57,761 nucleotides of DNA, taken from contig CAYWBT010000001.1 in the NCBI GenBank assembly GCA_964456585.1, forward strand, positions 1-57,761. Reading direction: 5' to 3'. The notes below the pieces were generated by a model. That model did no database searches. It was not told where the DNA came from and saw nothing but the letters and a program-made list of their open reading frames with translations. A program made the position numbers and the translations under genes. The stretch's first letter is position 1. Each line of letters starts with the position of its first letter. Below are positions 27,469 to 38,115 of this stretch, piece by piece. Origin of the DNA: an uncultured bacterium. Its GTDB lineage: Bacteria > Latescibacterota > Latescibacteria > Latescibacterales > Latescibacteraceae.

Positions 27469-28752
27469 ATGCCGGAAATTCACCCGTTCAAGGGCCTGAG
27501 GTATGATCCTGAGAAAGTTGGTGATCTGCAAAGCGTTGTCGCACCACCCTATGATATCGTGTACGACGAGTGGCGGGAAGATCTGTACAAACGGAGCCCC
27601 TACAACATTATCCGGCTCATCAAGACGAAGGATGAACCGGGCGATAACGACAGGATCAACCGGTATACGAGGGCACGAGATTACCTGAAGACATGGATGC
27701 GCGACGGAGTGCTCAGGATGGAGGAAAAACCCGCCCTGTACGTCCGAGCGGATACCTACCAGGTTAATGGTGAAACGAAAACCCGCTATGGATTTATCGC
27801 CCTGGTACGGTTGGAAGAATTTGGCCACAGTATTCATCCGCACGAAAGAACACTTGCGGCTCCCAAGATAGACCGGCTGAACTTGATCAAGGCGACCGGG
27901 ACAAACCTCAGTCAGATATTCTCGACGTTCTTCGATCCCGGGCACGAGATTCAGGATATCCTGCTCACCATCGCCCGGAAGGAACCGGATTTTGCCTTTA
28001 CCGACTGCCAGGGTATCGGCCGAAAGATGTGGCTGGTGTATGACGAGGATATCATAGCACGGATCCAGGAACTCATGAAAAACCGCGACCTGATCATCGC
28101 CGACGGCCACCATCGTTACGAAACTTCGCTGGAATACCGTAACTACATGGAGCATACCCGCTTACACGACAATGAACCGTTCGACTATGTTACCATGTAC
28201 TTTTCCAGCGCCAACGCCGATGGCATGACCATACTTCCCACCCACCGTAAGGTCGGCGGTCTCGAACACTACGATGAGACGAGGTTCTTTGCCAGTCTGG
28301 AAGAGGAATTCGAAATCTCGCCGTGCATGCGTGCGTCCCTTGACGAGATACTCGACCGCATCAGGGAAGATTCTGATTTAACGAATGTTTTTGGCATATT
28401 TACCGGTGCGTGCTACTCGATGGTAAAGTTACGGCACCCGACCTCTCCCAAGCAGCTTGATGTTGATGTGCTTCATGATAGTATCATCGAAAAGAAACTG
28501 GGAATCACCCGTCAGGATATCGCCGAAGGCAGATACATCCATTTTTGCAAGAGCCCGGAACATGCGTACGACGATGTGAACAACGGTACGGACCAGCTCT
28601 CGTTCTTCATGAATGCGCTGACCCCGGAGGAACTCTTCCGCGAGGTCCTCGAGAAGGGGATAAGAATGCCCCAGAAATCGACCTACTTCTACCCGAAGAC
28701 CATGTCCGGATTGGTCATGTATAAGCTTGACCGTGAATCTCTCGGTGGATAA
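27469..28752 (+). CDS. DUF1015 domain-containing protein
   Basis: Start at ATG 27469 after an AGGAGG RBS. The N-terminus MPEIHPFKGLRYD, plus VAPPYDI and IADGHHRYET, are hallmark DUF1015 motifs. Confidence 0.85.
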   Translation: MPEIHPFKGLRYDPEKVGDLQSVVAPPYDIVYDEWREDLYKRSPYNIIRLIKTKDEPGDNDRINRYTRARDYLKTWMRDGVLRMEEKPALYVRADTYQVNGETKTRYGFIALVRLEEFGHSIHPHERTLAAPKIDRLNLIKATGTNLSQIFSTFFDPGHEIQDILLTIARKEPDFAFTDCQGIGRKMWLVYDEDIIARIQELMKNRDLIIADGHHRYETSLEYRNYMEHTRLHDNEPFDYVTMYFSSANADGMTILPTHRKVGGLEHYDETRFFASLEEEFEISPCMRASLDEILDRIREDSDLTNVFGIFTGACYSMVKLRHPTSPKQLDVDVLHDSIIEKKLGITRQDIAEGRYIHFCKSPEHAYDDVNNGTDQLSFFMNALTPEELFREVLEKGIRMPQKSTYFYPKTMSGLVMYKLDRESLGG

Positions 28753-28930
28753 TGGTAAGGCGGTGATTTCCCGGCAGACTAACTTCCGTAAGAGTTTCAT
28801 GTTGCCTCATGGGAAGGCATGAGACTCTGGAAATGCATTCAGCCCGGCGTGACGGGCATTTTTTGAAACCGGGAAACCATTGCTCTGTGTATTCTGCTGT
28901 TTTCCGCTTCTCTCTCCGGAGTAATTCGTT

Positions 28931-30685
28931 GTGGATGATTTTATCGTATTCAAGGAAGAAGTCAAGAGCCGTATCGACATCGTGGATGTGGTCAGCGAAT
29001 TCATGGAACTGAAAAAAGGTTCGCCCAACTACCAGGGATTGTGCCCGTTCCACAAAGATACCGCCCCCTCGTTCACTGTCAACCGCGAGCGCCAATTTTT
29101 CTACTGTTTCGGTTGCAACAAGGGTGGAGATGTTATCACGTTCCTGCGGGAAATCACCGGTATGAGCTTCATTGAGGCCCTTGAGCAGCTCGCCGACCGT
29201 GCCGGGCTTAAAATGCCTGAAAAACATGCGGCCAATCCCGCACTCCGTGAACAGACCGACCTGATTATCGCAGCAAACATCGCCGCCGCCGAATACTTCC
29301 ACCGTACCCTCTTCGAGCCGGAAGGTAAGGACGGCCTGGAATACCTGCGGGGACGGGAACTGACTGAAGATACGATACGGGAGTTTCGCCTCGGCTATGC
29401 TCCGAAAGATCCGAAAGGGCTCGTTAATTTAGTTCGGGGGAAAAAAATTCACCCGGGCTCACTCGAGGCTGCGGGTATCCTGAAATCGAGCAGTTACGGC
29501 GGTACTCCCTACAACCGGTTCGGCGGTCGTGTCATCTTTCCGATCATCGATCAGGCCGCCCGTTTCATCGGGTTCGGTGCACGGCTCCTGGAAGGAGAGG
29601 GAGCAAAGTATATCAACTCACCCGACTCTGTGGTCTACCACAAAAGCCGCGTGCTCTATGGACTATACCAGGCGCGTGAGCACATTAAGCGGACCAGAAC
29701 GGCAACGGTGGTCGAGGGCTACATGGATGTTCTCTCGCTTCATCAGGCCGGCATACTTAACGTTATCGCCTCCTCGGGAACTGCATTTACTCCCGATCAG
29801 GGCAGAATTATCACCCGTATGGCACGGAGTGTCATCCTTCTCTTCGACGGCGACAGCGCAGGTATAACCGCGGCATCGAGAGGGGCGGACAATCTCCTGG
29901 CGACCGATCTGAAGATCGGCGTTGCTGTACTTCCCGAGGGACACGATCCCGATTCATATGTTCGCGAGCACGGTCAAGATGCACTCCAGGAGTATCTCGG
30001 TCATGCGATGGATATCTGGGAATTCAAAGTCAACGTCCGGGGCAAGACGCTGACCGGCGCCGAAGACAGGATCGCCCTGGCGGGAGAAATCGCAGATTCC
30101 ATATCGCTCATACCGGATGAACTCAAGAGGGAAGTCTACATAAAGGAGATAGCGGTGAAAATCGGCGTCGATAACGATGCCATGCGGAAGGCGGTCAACG
30201 GCCGTATCAGGAGGAGACGGTTCCGACGGGATGAGGAATCGCCCGCCTCAGGTGAAAACATGAAAATCGAACGGGAGTCCGGTCTTCTCGCTGCTCTCAT
30301 CCAACACCCTGGTTTCGCCCGTACAGTTATGGAGGAGGTGGGGATTAACATTTTCTCCGATCCTGCCATGAGAACGATCGCCGAGGAACTCTTTCACCGG
30401 ATAGTTGAGGGTCTGGACACCTCCCCGTCCGGCCTCATGAGCGGTGTTGTGAATCGCGCCCTCCAGGACATCATCGCTCATGCGGCCATAGTCAAGATCG
30501 ATGAGCAGACCGCAGAGGCCCATGTTAATGGAAACATCCGGTATTTTAAGATCAAGGAACTGCGCGATGAGCGTGCCGATATCAGCCGCTGTCTCACCAG
30601 TGAAAACAATCCCGACGTCATCGCCTCATTGAGAAAACGAAACACTGAAATTATACAACTGCTGCGGGAGATGGAACCGAGCTGA
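28931..30685 (+). CDS. dnaG: DNA primase
   Basis: 584-aa ORF (GTG start). Zinc ribbon CPFHKDTAPSFTV...FYCFGCNKGGDVITF, TOPRIM VVEGYMDVLSLHQAG ... LLFDGDSAG. Confidence 0.93.
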   Translation: MDDFIVFKEEVKSRIDIVDVVSEFMELKKGSPNYQGLCPFHKDTAPSFTVNRERQFFYCFGCNKGGDVITFLREITGMSFIEALEQLADRAGLKMPEKHAANPALREQTDLIIAANIAAAEYFHRTLFEPEGKDGLEYLRGRELTEDTIREFRLGYAPKDPKGLVNLVRGKKIHPGSLEAAGILKSSSYGGTPYNRFGGRVIFPIIDQAARFIGFGARLLEGEGAKYINSPDSVVYHKSRVLYGLYQAREHIKRTRTATVVEGYMDVLSLHQAGILNVIASSGTAFTPDQGRIITRMARSVILLFDGDSAGITAASRGADNLLATDLKIGVAVLPEGHDPDSYVREHGQDALQEYLGHAMDIWEFKVNVRGKTLTGAEDRIALAGEIADSISLIPDELKREVYIKEIAVKIGVDNDAMRKAVNGRIRRRRFRRDEESPASGENMKIERESGLLAALIQHPGFARTVMEEVGINIFSDPAMRTIAEELFHRIVEGLDTSPSGLMSGVVNRALQDIIAHAAIVKIDEQTAEAHVNGNIRYFKIKELRDERADISRCLTSENNPDVIASLRKRNTEIIQLLREMEPS

Positions 30686-30750
30686 ACATCAGCGTTCCAT
30701 ACTTTCGCTTGTCAATCAACCATAACACAGAACTACAGGAATTCTTACGT

Positions 30751-31824
30751 ATGAGATTTCCGATTCCGCTTCTGCTCATCACCTTACTGCTGGGATCCGC
30801 TTCGATCGGCAGGTGCGAGGAAAGCAACAATTCCTTCGAGTACCCCTCGTTTCTCGTACTTCCAGCCTTTTTTTATACCACCGATACGGGTTTCGGCGGT
30901 GGTCTGGCAGGCTTAAAAAGTTACCGGAGCAGTACGGAACATACATCGAATGTGCAGTTTTTCAGCCTGTTTACCCAAAAAAAGCAGTTTACGTCGGCGA
31001 TCCAGTGGGATCACTATTTTTCAGGAAACAATAACCGGTTGAAGATTGGAATAACATACCGAAAGTTTCCAACGGAGTTCTTCGGTCTGGGAAACAACAC
31101 GACAAGCGACAATTATGAGAAATATACACCGGAACACACCGATGCCCTGGTGACCTTCGAACACCGGATTGTCAGTCACCTGAAACTGGATCTCCTTACC
31201 TTTTTCTCCAACCAAGCGCTCGTAAAATCAAAGCAGGGCGGCATGATTCGCTCGTCGGCAGTTCCCTGGAATTCGGGGAGATACGATGTAGGTTCCGGAA
31301 TCGGTATTCTCTGGGACAGCCGTGACAACGTGCTCGCTACGCGCCGCGGTACCCTGGCGAAACTCGAGTACCGCGGGATTATATTCCATGAAGAGGGAGG
31401 CGCTTTCAATAAGCTTTCCCTCGATGTCAGAAGGTTCTATAATCCGATTTCAGATCTCGTGCTCGCCGGAATGTTCTGGATCGAGAATTGTCGCGGTGAT
31501 GTTCCTTACTACCTGTTTTCATCGCTCGGGGGCGAAAGCCGTCTCCGGGGATACGAGATAGACCGCTTCCTGGGAAAAAGTCTGGTGCTTATTCAGAACG
31601 ATATCCGCTTTCCGATATGGCGGGCGTTGGGGGGATCGGTGTTCGTCGCGAGCGGACGAGTGGCCGACACCATGGGCGACCTCTTTTCCGGAACGTTTCA
31701 CACCGCCGGCGGCGCCGGGATCAGGTACTTTTTTAATCGTGAAGACAACCTCGTGATTCGCCTGGATTATGCTGTGGGAAGCGATACAAGCGGTGTGTAT
31801 CTTACCTTCAGTGAAGCGTACTGA
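30751..31824 (+). CDS. Omp85/BamA-family outer-membrane beta-barrel protein (no POTRA domains)
   Basis: Start at ATG 30751 with a signal peptide (MRFPIPLLLITLLLGSASIG). The C-terminal barrel motifs GGESRLRGY, GGAGIRYF and IRLDYAV are typical of bacterial surface antigen barrels. Confidence 0.72.
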   Translation: MRFPIPLLLITLLLGSASIGRCEESNNSFEYPSFLVLPAFFYTTDTGFGGGLAGLKSYRSSTEHTSNVQFFSLFTQKKQFTSAIQWDHYFSGNNNRLKIGITYRKFPTEFFGLGNNTTSDNYEKYTPEHTDALVTFEHRIVSHLKLDLLTFFSNQALVKSKQGGMIRSSAVPWNSGRYDVGSGIGILWDSRDNVLATRRGTLAKLEYRGIIFHEEGGAFNKLSLDVRRFYNPISDLVLAGMFWIENCRGDVPYYLFSSLGGESRLRGYEIDRFLGKSLVLIQNDIRFPIWRALGGSVFVASGRVADTMGDLFSGTFHTAGGAGIRYFFNREDNLVIRLDYAVGSDTSGVYLTFSEAY

Positions 31825-31916
31825 TGAGACTGGTCAGGATGGGGCACGGCGGCCTGCCTACCGGGCACTCCTCTCCCCTCCACGATGATCCGCGGTAGGA
31901 GCCTCCCCCACTGAAA

Positions 31917-32348
31917 CTACACATCCAGCACCACGGTTGCTTTCCAGCCCTGCGGCGTCTGCTCCACGGTGAACCGGTGGTAGGTTACCGCCTTCACATC
32001 AACGTTGAGGTCGTGACGTTGCGGATCGATTTCCTCGCCGTACGCCGACGCCTCAAGCAGAAAACGATCATTCACTTTCTTCAGAGTAACTTCGGAGATT
32101 CGCAGGAAGACACCGTCGGCGTCCTTTAGATACACCAGTTCCTCGAGCAGGCGGAACAGCAGCATTTCTGTAGTATCCGATTCCACCATCAGGTTCCGCC
32201 GCACGCTCTTATGGATCGCATCGAGATTTTCCACCATGACATTCATGAGCGCATCGGCAGACGCGATGATCGTCTCTTCCAGGGTCTGTCCCCACGCATC
32301 GAATGCTACGTCAGCCAGCGCGATATCGTCACGGTAGGTATAGCACAT
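31917..32348 (-). CDS. Archease (RtcB activator)
   Basis: 143-aa ORF. The N-terminal ADVAFDAWGQTLEE, VKAVTYH, and an end in VVLDV match the archease pattern. It is adjacent to rtcB. Confidence 0.85.
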   Translation of the reverse strand: MCYTYRDDIALADVAFDAWGQTLEETIIASADALMNVMVENLDAIHKSVRRNLMVESDTTEMLLFRLLEELVYLKDADGVFLRISEVTLKKVNDRFLLEASAYGEEIDPQRHDLNVDVKAVTYHRFTVEQTPQGWKATVVLDV

Positions 32349-32355
32349 GGCGGTC

Positions 32356-33810
32356 TCATCCCTTGATGTTCCCCACCGGAATGAAGCGAATCACCGGCCG
32401 GGTTATCCCCGATTTCACAACCGTCTCGACCACATCGTCGATGTTCTTGTACGCCTGTCCAACCTCTTCGGCCAAACCGGAATAGGAAGCGGTACGGATG
32501 TAGATTCCACGTGCAGCGAGGTCTTTCTGGACTTTTCTCCCGTTGAACTGTTTCTTTGCCTTTCTGCGGCTCATGGTTCGTCCACTGCCGTGGGCGGTTG
32601 TGAAGAAGGTCTCGCGCGCGGCATTCGTACCGGTCAGGAGATACGATCCGGTTTCCATGCTGCCTCCCAGAATAACCGGCTGGCCGGTCTGGCGGTGAAG
32701 GCCGGAGAGTTCTTTTCTTTCCGGGCCAAACGCCCGGGTTGCACCCTTGCGGTGAACGAGCACCAGGCGTTCTTTCCCTTCTATCTCGTGCTCTTCGAGC
32801 ATGGCGGTATTGTGGGCGATGTCATAGACCTGTTCGAGACCGAGATCATCGGGATCTCTGCCGAAAATATCCGAGAACACCTCACGCACGCGGTGGAGTA
32901 TCACCTGGCGGTTTACATACGACATGTTGATTGCACAGTTCATTGCCGCGAAATAGTCCTGCCCCTCCTTAGAGTGAAAGGGGGCGCAGGCAAGCTCCCG
33001 ATCCGGGGCGGAAATACCGTATTTTTTCATGGCATCGAGAAAAACATGCAGGTAGTCGGTCGCCACCTGGTGACCGAAGCCGCGGCTTCCGCAGTGCAGC
33101 ATGACCGCAACCTGGTCGGGAAGAGTGAATCCGAATTTCCCGGCGACTTCTCGGTCCGCGACGTTTTCCCGCCTGACCACCTGAATCTCGAGGTAGTGGT
33201 TGCCGGAACCGAGAGTCCCGATCTGCTTGATACCCCTCGTAATCGACCGGTCACTCACCTTCGAGGCATCGGCACCGTCGATACAGCCGCGGTTTTCGGT
33301 GTGCTCAAGATCATGAGCGGTGGCGTATCCTCTTTCGGCGCACCAGCCGGCCCCCTGTTCGAGCATGGTTAAAAAATCATCGCGGGAGATGGAAACGAAT
33401 CCCTTCGATCCCACGCCGGCCGGTACCCGCTCGAATAAACGGTCAACCAGTTTCCGCAGGTGCGGCCTGACTTCATCATAGGTGAGCCCCGTCCTGACCA
33501 GACGCATCCCGCAGTTGATGTCGAACCCGATCCCTCCCGGGGAGATAACTCCCTCCGCAGGGTCGATCGCCGCCACTCCCCCGATGGGGAATCCGTACCC
33601 CCAGTGGCCGTCGGGCATACACAGTGCATGGGTGCAGATACCGGGCAGGGCGGCGACATTGGTTACCTGTTCAAAGACACCGTCATCCATGGATTCGAGC
33701 AGCTTTTTCGAGGCATAGATCCGGGCGGGAACACGCATGCCTTTTTTGTAGGACGGCGGTATTTCCCACACCATCTCGTCAACCTGACGTATGCATTTCG
33801 GCGGTGGCAC
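32356..33810 (-). CDS. rtcB: RNA-splicing ligase RtcB
   Basis: 484-aa ORF. PDGHWGYGFPIGGV, GFDINCG, GSGNHYLEIQ, HCGSRGFGHQ, AHNTA and the C-terminal PVGNIKG motifs. Confidence 0.95.
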   Translation of the reverse strand: MPPPKCIRQVDEMVWEIPPSYKKGMRVPARIYASKKLLESMDDGVFEQVTNVAALPGICTHALCMPDGHWGYGFPIGGVAAIDPAEGVISPGGIGFDINCGMRLVRTGLTYDEVRPHLRKLVDRLFERVPAGVGSKGFVSISRDDFLTMLEQGAGWCAERGYATAHDLEHTENRGCIDGADASKVSDRSITRGIKQIGTLGSGNHYLEIQVVRRENVADREVAGKFGFTLPDQVAVMLHCGSRGFGHQVATDYLHVFLDAMKKYGISAPDRELACAPFHSKEGQDYFAAMNCAINMSYVNRQVILHRVREVFSDIFGRDPDDLGLEQVYDIAHNTAMLEEHEIEGKERLVLVHRKGATRAFGPERKELSGLHRQTGQPVILGGSMETGSYLLTGTNAARETFFTTAHGSGRTMSRRKAKKQFNGRKVQKDLAARGIYIRTASYSGLAEEVGQAYKNIDDVVETVVKSGITRPVIRFIPVGNIKG

Positions 33811-33813
33811 GCC

Positions 33814-34317
33814 CTATCCCCCATTGTGCTCGGTAAACCTGAACACGATCGTGCATTGCTGGTCTCCCCCGCAGAGATACTCACTCAGTTCGACCGTGAT
33901 GGAGCTCCCGAATTCGGCTGCCCAGGTCTGGTAATCGATGCTGCAGATACGCGACCCGACCTTGTGAGAAAGGTGCTCGCGGCCCGATTTTTTCATGAGT
34001 TCGTGCCAGGGACACTCATTTATTACGACAGTGAAGCTCTTATGCGGGGTATGATCCGTAATTTCGACCGAGTAGCCTTCCAGATCGAACTTCAGTTTAA
34101 GACATTCGCGGAGTTCATCCAGTCCGCTGCCTAACCCGGTCATGGATTTTATCATGCGGGCCTGAATCTTGGGCAGGATCTTCCATACCTCGGCATCAAT
34201 ATCAAGCGCGGCATCGAATCCGTACTGCTCCTCGACTTTCACGAACCAGAGCCCGTCAACAGCGATGTAGCTTCGGTGAAGATATTCAGCGATTTGCTGG
34301 TCGGTCAGCTTTTTCAT
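33814..34317 (-). CDS. Small cytosolic protein, ATC-hydrolase-like / DUF6125-like (uncertain)
   Basis: 167-aa ORF, 3 nt upstream of rtcB on the same strand. The DGLWF segment and the CPWHE ... LCGGDQQC motifs recall the L-2-amino-thiazoline-4-carboxylate-hydrolase-like family. The assignment is from memory only. Confidence 0.4.
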   Translation of the reverse strand: MKKLTDQQIAEYLHRSYIAVDGLWFVKVEEQYGFDAALDIDAEVWKILPKIQARMIKSMTGLGSGLDELRECLKLKFDLEGYSVEITDHTPHKSFTVVINECPWHELMKKSGREHLSHKVGSRICSIDYQTWAAEFGSSITVELSEYLCGGDQQCTIVFRFTEHNGG

Positions 34318-34725
34318 GGTTCCTCACTCTTTTCTATAACTCATATTGTTTTTGACAATATTTCACCGGTAATACTCATGCCACCTGAAAAATACCGGTA
34401 TTCCTATGAATGTCAAATAATTTCTTGGCCGGATTTTACCAATCGCGTTTTTACGGAAGTCTCCTGGCTTAATCACATTCGACTGTCCGTTCGCCCACAT
34501 CATCGCGAGCTGATCCGGACATCGAGACTCCCCTGCAGGATTACCCGCAAGCCATTTTTACCTTCAGGTGGTTACTTTTTTCACTGTGGTAACAAAATTA
34601 GCTTGGGTATCGAGCGGCAAATGTGTAATAATAGTGTGGAACGAGGTCCGGAAAGGTTCTGTGCTTCTTTGAACACTACCGGTGTATGCCTGTCGTATAC
34701 CGTGAAAAATGTTGGTTTGGACTTA

Positions 34726-35544
34726 ATGATCAATTGCGGCGATTTTGCTACAAACCTGATACAGACGAATGATGGTATCTGGATCCCCCGGGAAGCAGGC
34801 GATCACACCATCTCCATTCCCGGAACCGGGCATGATATATGCTTTGAATTTGAAGATGATTCTTACTGGTTCAACCACCGTAACCACATTATCATCGAAA
34901 CGGTTACGAACTATCACGATCACGGTTGTTTCTTCGAGATAGGCGGCGGCAGCAGCTCTGTCACGAAAGGTCTCATGGAGCGTGGTATCGAGACCGTCCT
35001 GGTCGAGCCGGGCACAACCGGTGTCGAACACGCCCGCAGGCACGGGGTCGAACACATCATTCAGAGTACGGTTGAAGCTGCCGGTTTTAAGCCGGGAGTC
35101 ATGGCTGCTGCCGGATTGTTCGACGTGCTCGAACACCACCGGGAGGACGTGGCGTTTCTCGAGACACTGCACGGCCTTCTCGCTCCAGGTGGAAAGCTGT
35201 TTATCACCGCACCGGCATGTGCGTTGCTCTGGTCGCTGGAAGATTTCGATCTCGGCCACTATCACCGATATTCCCTGCGGAGTTTGGGACGGAAGCTCGA
35301 TCGCGCGGGATACCGTGTTCTCTACGCCACGTACTTTTTCCAAGCGCTTGTCCTGCCGGCATTCATATACCGGACACTTCCCTTCTTCTCCGGTGCAACC
35401 AGGAAAAAGGAGCAACAAGAAACGCCCGGTAAAAACTCAGCATTTTCACACAAGATGCTTGTGCGGGAGTCGAAGCGACTGGCGGCAGGAAAGAGAATGC
35501 GGTTTGGTGCGAGCTGCCTTGTCGCGGCGGAAAAATCCGGATAA
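34726..35544 (+). CDS. Class I SAM-dependent methyltransferase
   Basis: Start placed at ATG 34726; the upstream 150 codons of the ORF-track entry look non-coding and overlap the divergent gene. SAM motif I FFEIGGGSSS, post-I VEPG, motif II-III GLFDVLEHH and PGGKLFITAP. Confidence 0.68.
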   Translation: MINCGDFATNLIQTNDGIWIPREAGDHTISIPGTGHDICFEFEDDSYWFNHRNHIIIETVTNYHDHGCFFEIGGGSSSVTKGLMERGIETVLVEPGTTGVEHARRHGVEHIIQSTVEAAGFKPGVMAAAGLFDVLEHHREDVAFLETLHGLLAPGGKLFITAPACALLWSLEDFDLGHYHRYSLRSLGRKLDRAGYRVLYATYFFQALVLPAFIYRTLPFFSGATRKKEQQETPGKNSAFSHKMLVRESKRLAAGKRMRFGASCLVAAEKSG

Positions 35545-35686
35545 CCTATTCCGATATCCTCTCCCGCTCAACGACAGGCAGACTACTTTCCCGCTCCGAC
35601 GCAGCCACTATTGAGAAACCATCACGGTTACAGCACACGTCTTCTTACAAGATACCACCCTTTCCTTCCCCAACAGAACCGGGAAA

Positions 35687-37918
35687 CTACTCCGGCAACT
35701 TTGCCCGGTACTCATCCTCATACAATCCCATCTTGTCGAGCGGCAGCTGCTTGAATCCAAGCTTCAAGGCCACTGAATCCTCTTTCAGGCGGAAATCCCC
35801 CTGCTCGGCATCGACAAATCCGGGATCGCCCTCCACGAGTACGTTGCCGTACTTTTTCAGTTCCTCAGTAATTTCCTGGTCTCCCTGTTTATACGTTTTG
35901 ATCTGTTCCTTGTTCTTGCCCCAGTCACGTGAATTTGCCACAATCGGATCGGCAATGACGTTTTCCCGTACCCGCACCACCTCAAAATCGAGCTCTGTGT
36001 GCAGATCGAGGAACCGACCGCCGTAACTGATGTTCCGGGCGATCAGGTTGCCGGTGGGAAACGCGGGATCGCCGTCGTTGAAAATCCTCAGTAGCTCGGG
36101 ATACCGCGTGCTGTAGGGTGGTTCACGGTACTTCACATCGTGAAGCCTCTCAACCATGCGCCAGCTGCCGCCGAGTGCATATTCCTTGGCCGATCGATAG
36201 ACGCTGATCCCAATGGATGGATTGCACTTGACGAAGATGTTGTTTTCGATTACGCAGTCGCGGCCGCTGTTGGTGAAGAATCCCTTGTCGAGATCATAGA
36301 AAACGTTCCCGTACAGATGTAATCCTCCGACCGGCATATCGAGATAAACAGTCATTGCCCCGAGGTAGATAGGCCCGTGGATATGGTGGAAGTAGTTGTA
36401 TCGTATAACATTGCCGCGATACGTCCAGTCGAACGCGGTGTAAAATCCCCCGACATCGCCTGTCTCCATGGCAACTCTGGTCATCTCGTTGTACTCGAGC
36501 ACATGCTCATTGCCTTCAAACCAGACACCGAGGTGCGGCGCATCATGGATGTAATTGTGCGCAACACGGTTACCCACACCCTTGATACTGACCGCAGGGC
36601 GATAGGTCTTGATCACTTTTGCAAAGTGGCTGATGTGATTGTTCACCGCATAGTTGCCCGCAGGTGTGAGGGTTTTCCGATCCCCGCCGGTTATGATGAC
36701 ACCGGCGGCGGAAACCTGATGAATATCACAACTGGTTACCCCGTTGTTCGTCCCTTCGTTGATGGTGACAACATCGTTGCCGATATTCCTGAAAACGCAT
36801 CCGGCAATGGTATTGTTCGTTCCCCCGGTGATCTGAACAGCCCCGGCACGCGTTCCCTCGAAGGTAATGCCGCTGAAAGTAACAAACGATGTTTCCTCGA
36901 GTGATATCATCGGTTCATCCAAGACGGGGTAGACGACATCGTTTTCCTGGACTTGTTCCGGAGGCCAGAAGTACAAATCACCGGAACTCTGGTCGATATA
37001 AAATTCTCCCGGTGAATCAAGTTCCTCGAGAATATTGAGGAAATAGTAGCGCTGCTCCTGTTGATATCCATAGCCGTGGTGGGATTCTTCCGGGAATATC
37101 TCCCGCGTTTTCACATCGATTTTTTGTACCTTGAGTATCTCGTCGCTCCAGTCGTATACCCAGTAGCCGTGCACGTATATATCATTTTCATCCGACCATG
37201 AAGCGGGCCTCTTCGAGGATTCAAAATCGTCTTTCCCGTAGGTAAACCTCCCGTAGTGCCGTCCGCGCGGGACACCGAACATGATCCAGCTCGCGCGTCC
37301 CTCGTTGATGCGCTTTTCGCCGGTCTGGGGGACCCCCGCGATGGTCAGCCACCGGTCATTCGGATACCGGGCGATTGTCATGTAGTCGTTTTTGAAAAAG
37401 AGCTCCATACGGGGACCCTTCCTCGGATTGATTTCACCAAAGCTCTCGATTCCCCGGTCCGTGAGATTCGTTGTCAGGATGTTATCCCGATAGGCAGCGT
37501 CGATGCGCTTCAGCACCGCGGGATCGTCGACCGGGTATAGATCGTTGATGAACAGGCCGCCGGTAAACACCACCCGCTCGCCGGGATAGGCAGACCACAC
37601 GATGGGAGCACTCTCGGTACCGGAATCTTCATTCATGAGCGTGAACGACTGCGAGAACTGGTAGATGCCTTCCCGGATGTACACGGTCATCCCGTTGTCT
37701 TCATTTTTCTTGGATTTCCTGACCTCGCGGAGCGTGTCACGGGCCTTGTCGAGGGTCGCAAAGGGGCCGTCCGTACCTCTTTTATTCGGTTCAGGCAACA
37801 TACCGGACCATGTATCGTTGCCATCTTGGGCAACGTAGATCGCGTTTTGGTCGCGAGATGAAGAAGAACCACAGGATAGGGCGAGTAATGCAATCAGCAG
37901 TGCAATGAACGGTTTCAT
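35687..37918 (-). CDS. Right-handed parallel beta-helix repeat lipoprotein (polysaccharide lyase/hydrolase-like)
   Basis: 743-aa ORF with lipoprotein leader MKPFIALLIALLALSCGSS. The central region has repeated ..G..N.I..C.F.N.G. turns (ITGGTNNTIAGCVFRNIGNDVVTINEGTNNGVTSCDIH, VGNRVAHNYIHD, CVIENNIFVKC). Confidence 0.78.
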   Translation of the reverse strand: MKPFIALLIALLALSCGSSSSRDQNAIYVAQDGNDTWSGMLPEPNKRGTDGPFATLDKARDTLREVRKSKKNEDNGMTVYIREGIYQFSQSFTLMNEDSGTESAPIVWSAYPGERVVFTGGLFINDLYPVDDPAVLKRIDAAYRDNILTTNLTDRGIESFGEINPRKGPRMELFFKNDYMTIARYPNDRWLTIAGVPQTGEKRINEGRASWIMFGVPRGRHYGRFTYGKDDFESSKRPASWSDENDIYVHGYWVYDWSDEILKVQKIDVKTREIFPEESHHGYGYQQEQRYYFLNILEELDSPGEFYIDQSSGDLYFWPPEQVQENDVVYPVLDEPMISLEETSFVTFSGITFEGTRAGAVQITGGTNNTIAGCVFRNIGNDVVTINEGTNNGVTSCDIHQVSAAGVIITGGDRKTLTPAGNYAVNNHISHFAKVIKTYRPAVSIKGVGNRVAHNYIHDAPHLGVWFEGNEHVLEYNEMTRVAMETGDVGGFYTAFDWTYRGNVIRYNYFHHIHGPIYLGAMTVYLDMPVGGLHLYGNVFYDLDKGFFTNSGRDCVIENNIFVKCNPSIGISVYRSAKEYALGGSWRMVERLHDVKYREPPYSTRYPELLRIFNDGDPAFPTGNLIARNISYGGRFLDLHTELDFEVVRVRENVIADPIVANSRDWGKNKEQIKTYKQGDQEITEELKKYGNVLVEGDPGFVDAEQGDFRLKEDSVALKLGFKQLPLDKMGLYEDEYRAKLPE

Positions 37919-38115
37919 GGTGTACGTCCTCAGGTAAGTGATTATCGTGTAGTTTCAGTTTTTTACACGTTGTTGGTTTTCCCCGGTGATACGAACAAAG
38001 ACATTTTGACACGGCCGGTTTCATCGAGCGGTGTGTCGCCGGAAGAATCCATCTCTCCCCAACGCATCATTCTTCACACCTGCTGTCCTGATGTATCATA
38101 AGAAGAAATCCCTCC

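Noticed and set aside
27460-28155. 231-aa antisense ORF within the DUF1015 gene; likewise 38188..38799, 40374..41090, 42036..42695, 43049..43678, 46428..47078, 10776..11384, 21090..21677 and 35687-region internal ORFs
   Set aside because: All lie fully inside, or opposite, genes with clear family signatures. None has its own RBS or motif evidence.
32347-33372. 341-aa plus-strand ORF opposite rtcB (also 33460..34134)
   Set aside because: RtcB motifs on the minus strand are unambiguous. The plus-strand product has no motifs and an Arg/Gly-rich composition.
34276-34725. N-terminal 150-codon extension of the methyltransferase ORF
   Set aside because: The extension overlaps the divergent 33814..34317 gene start and has odd composition. 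Methyltransferase homology only begins after the ATG at 34726. An alternative start at 34621 cannot be fully excluded.
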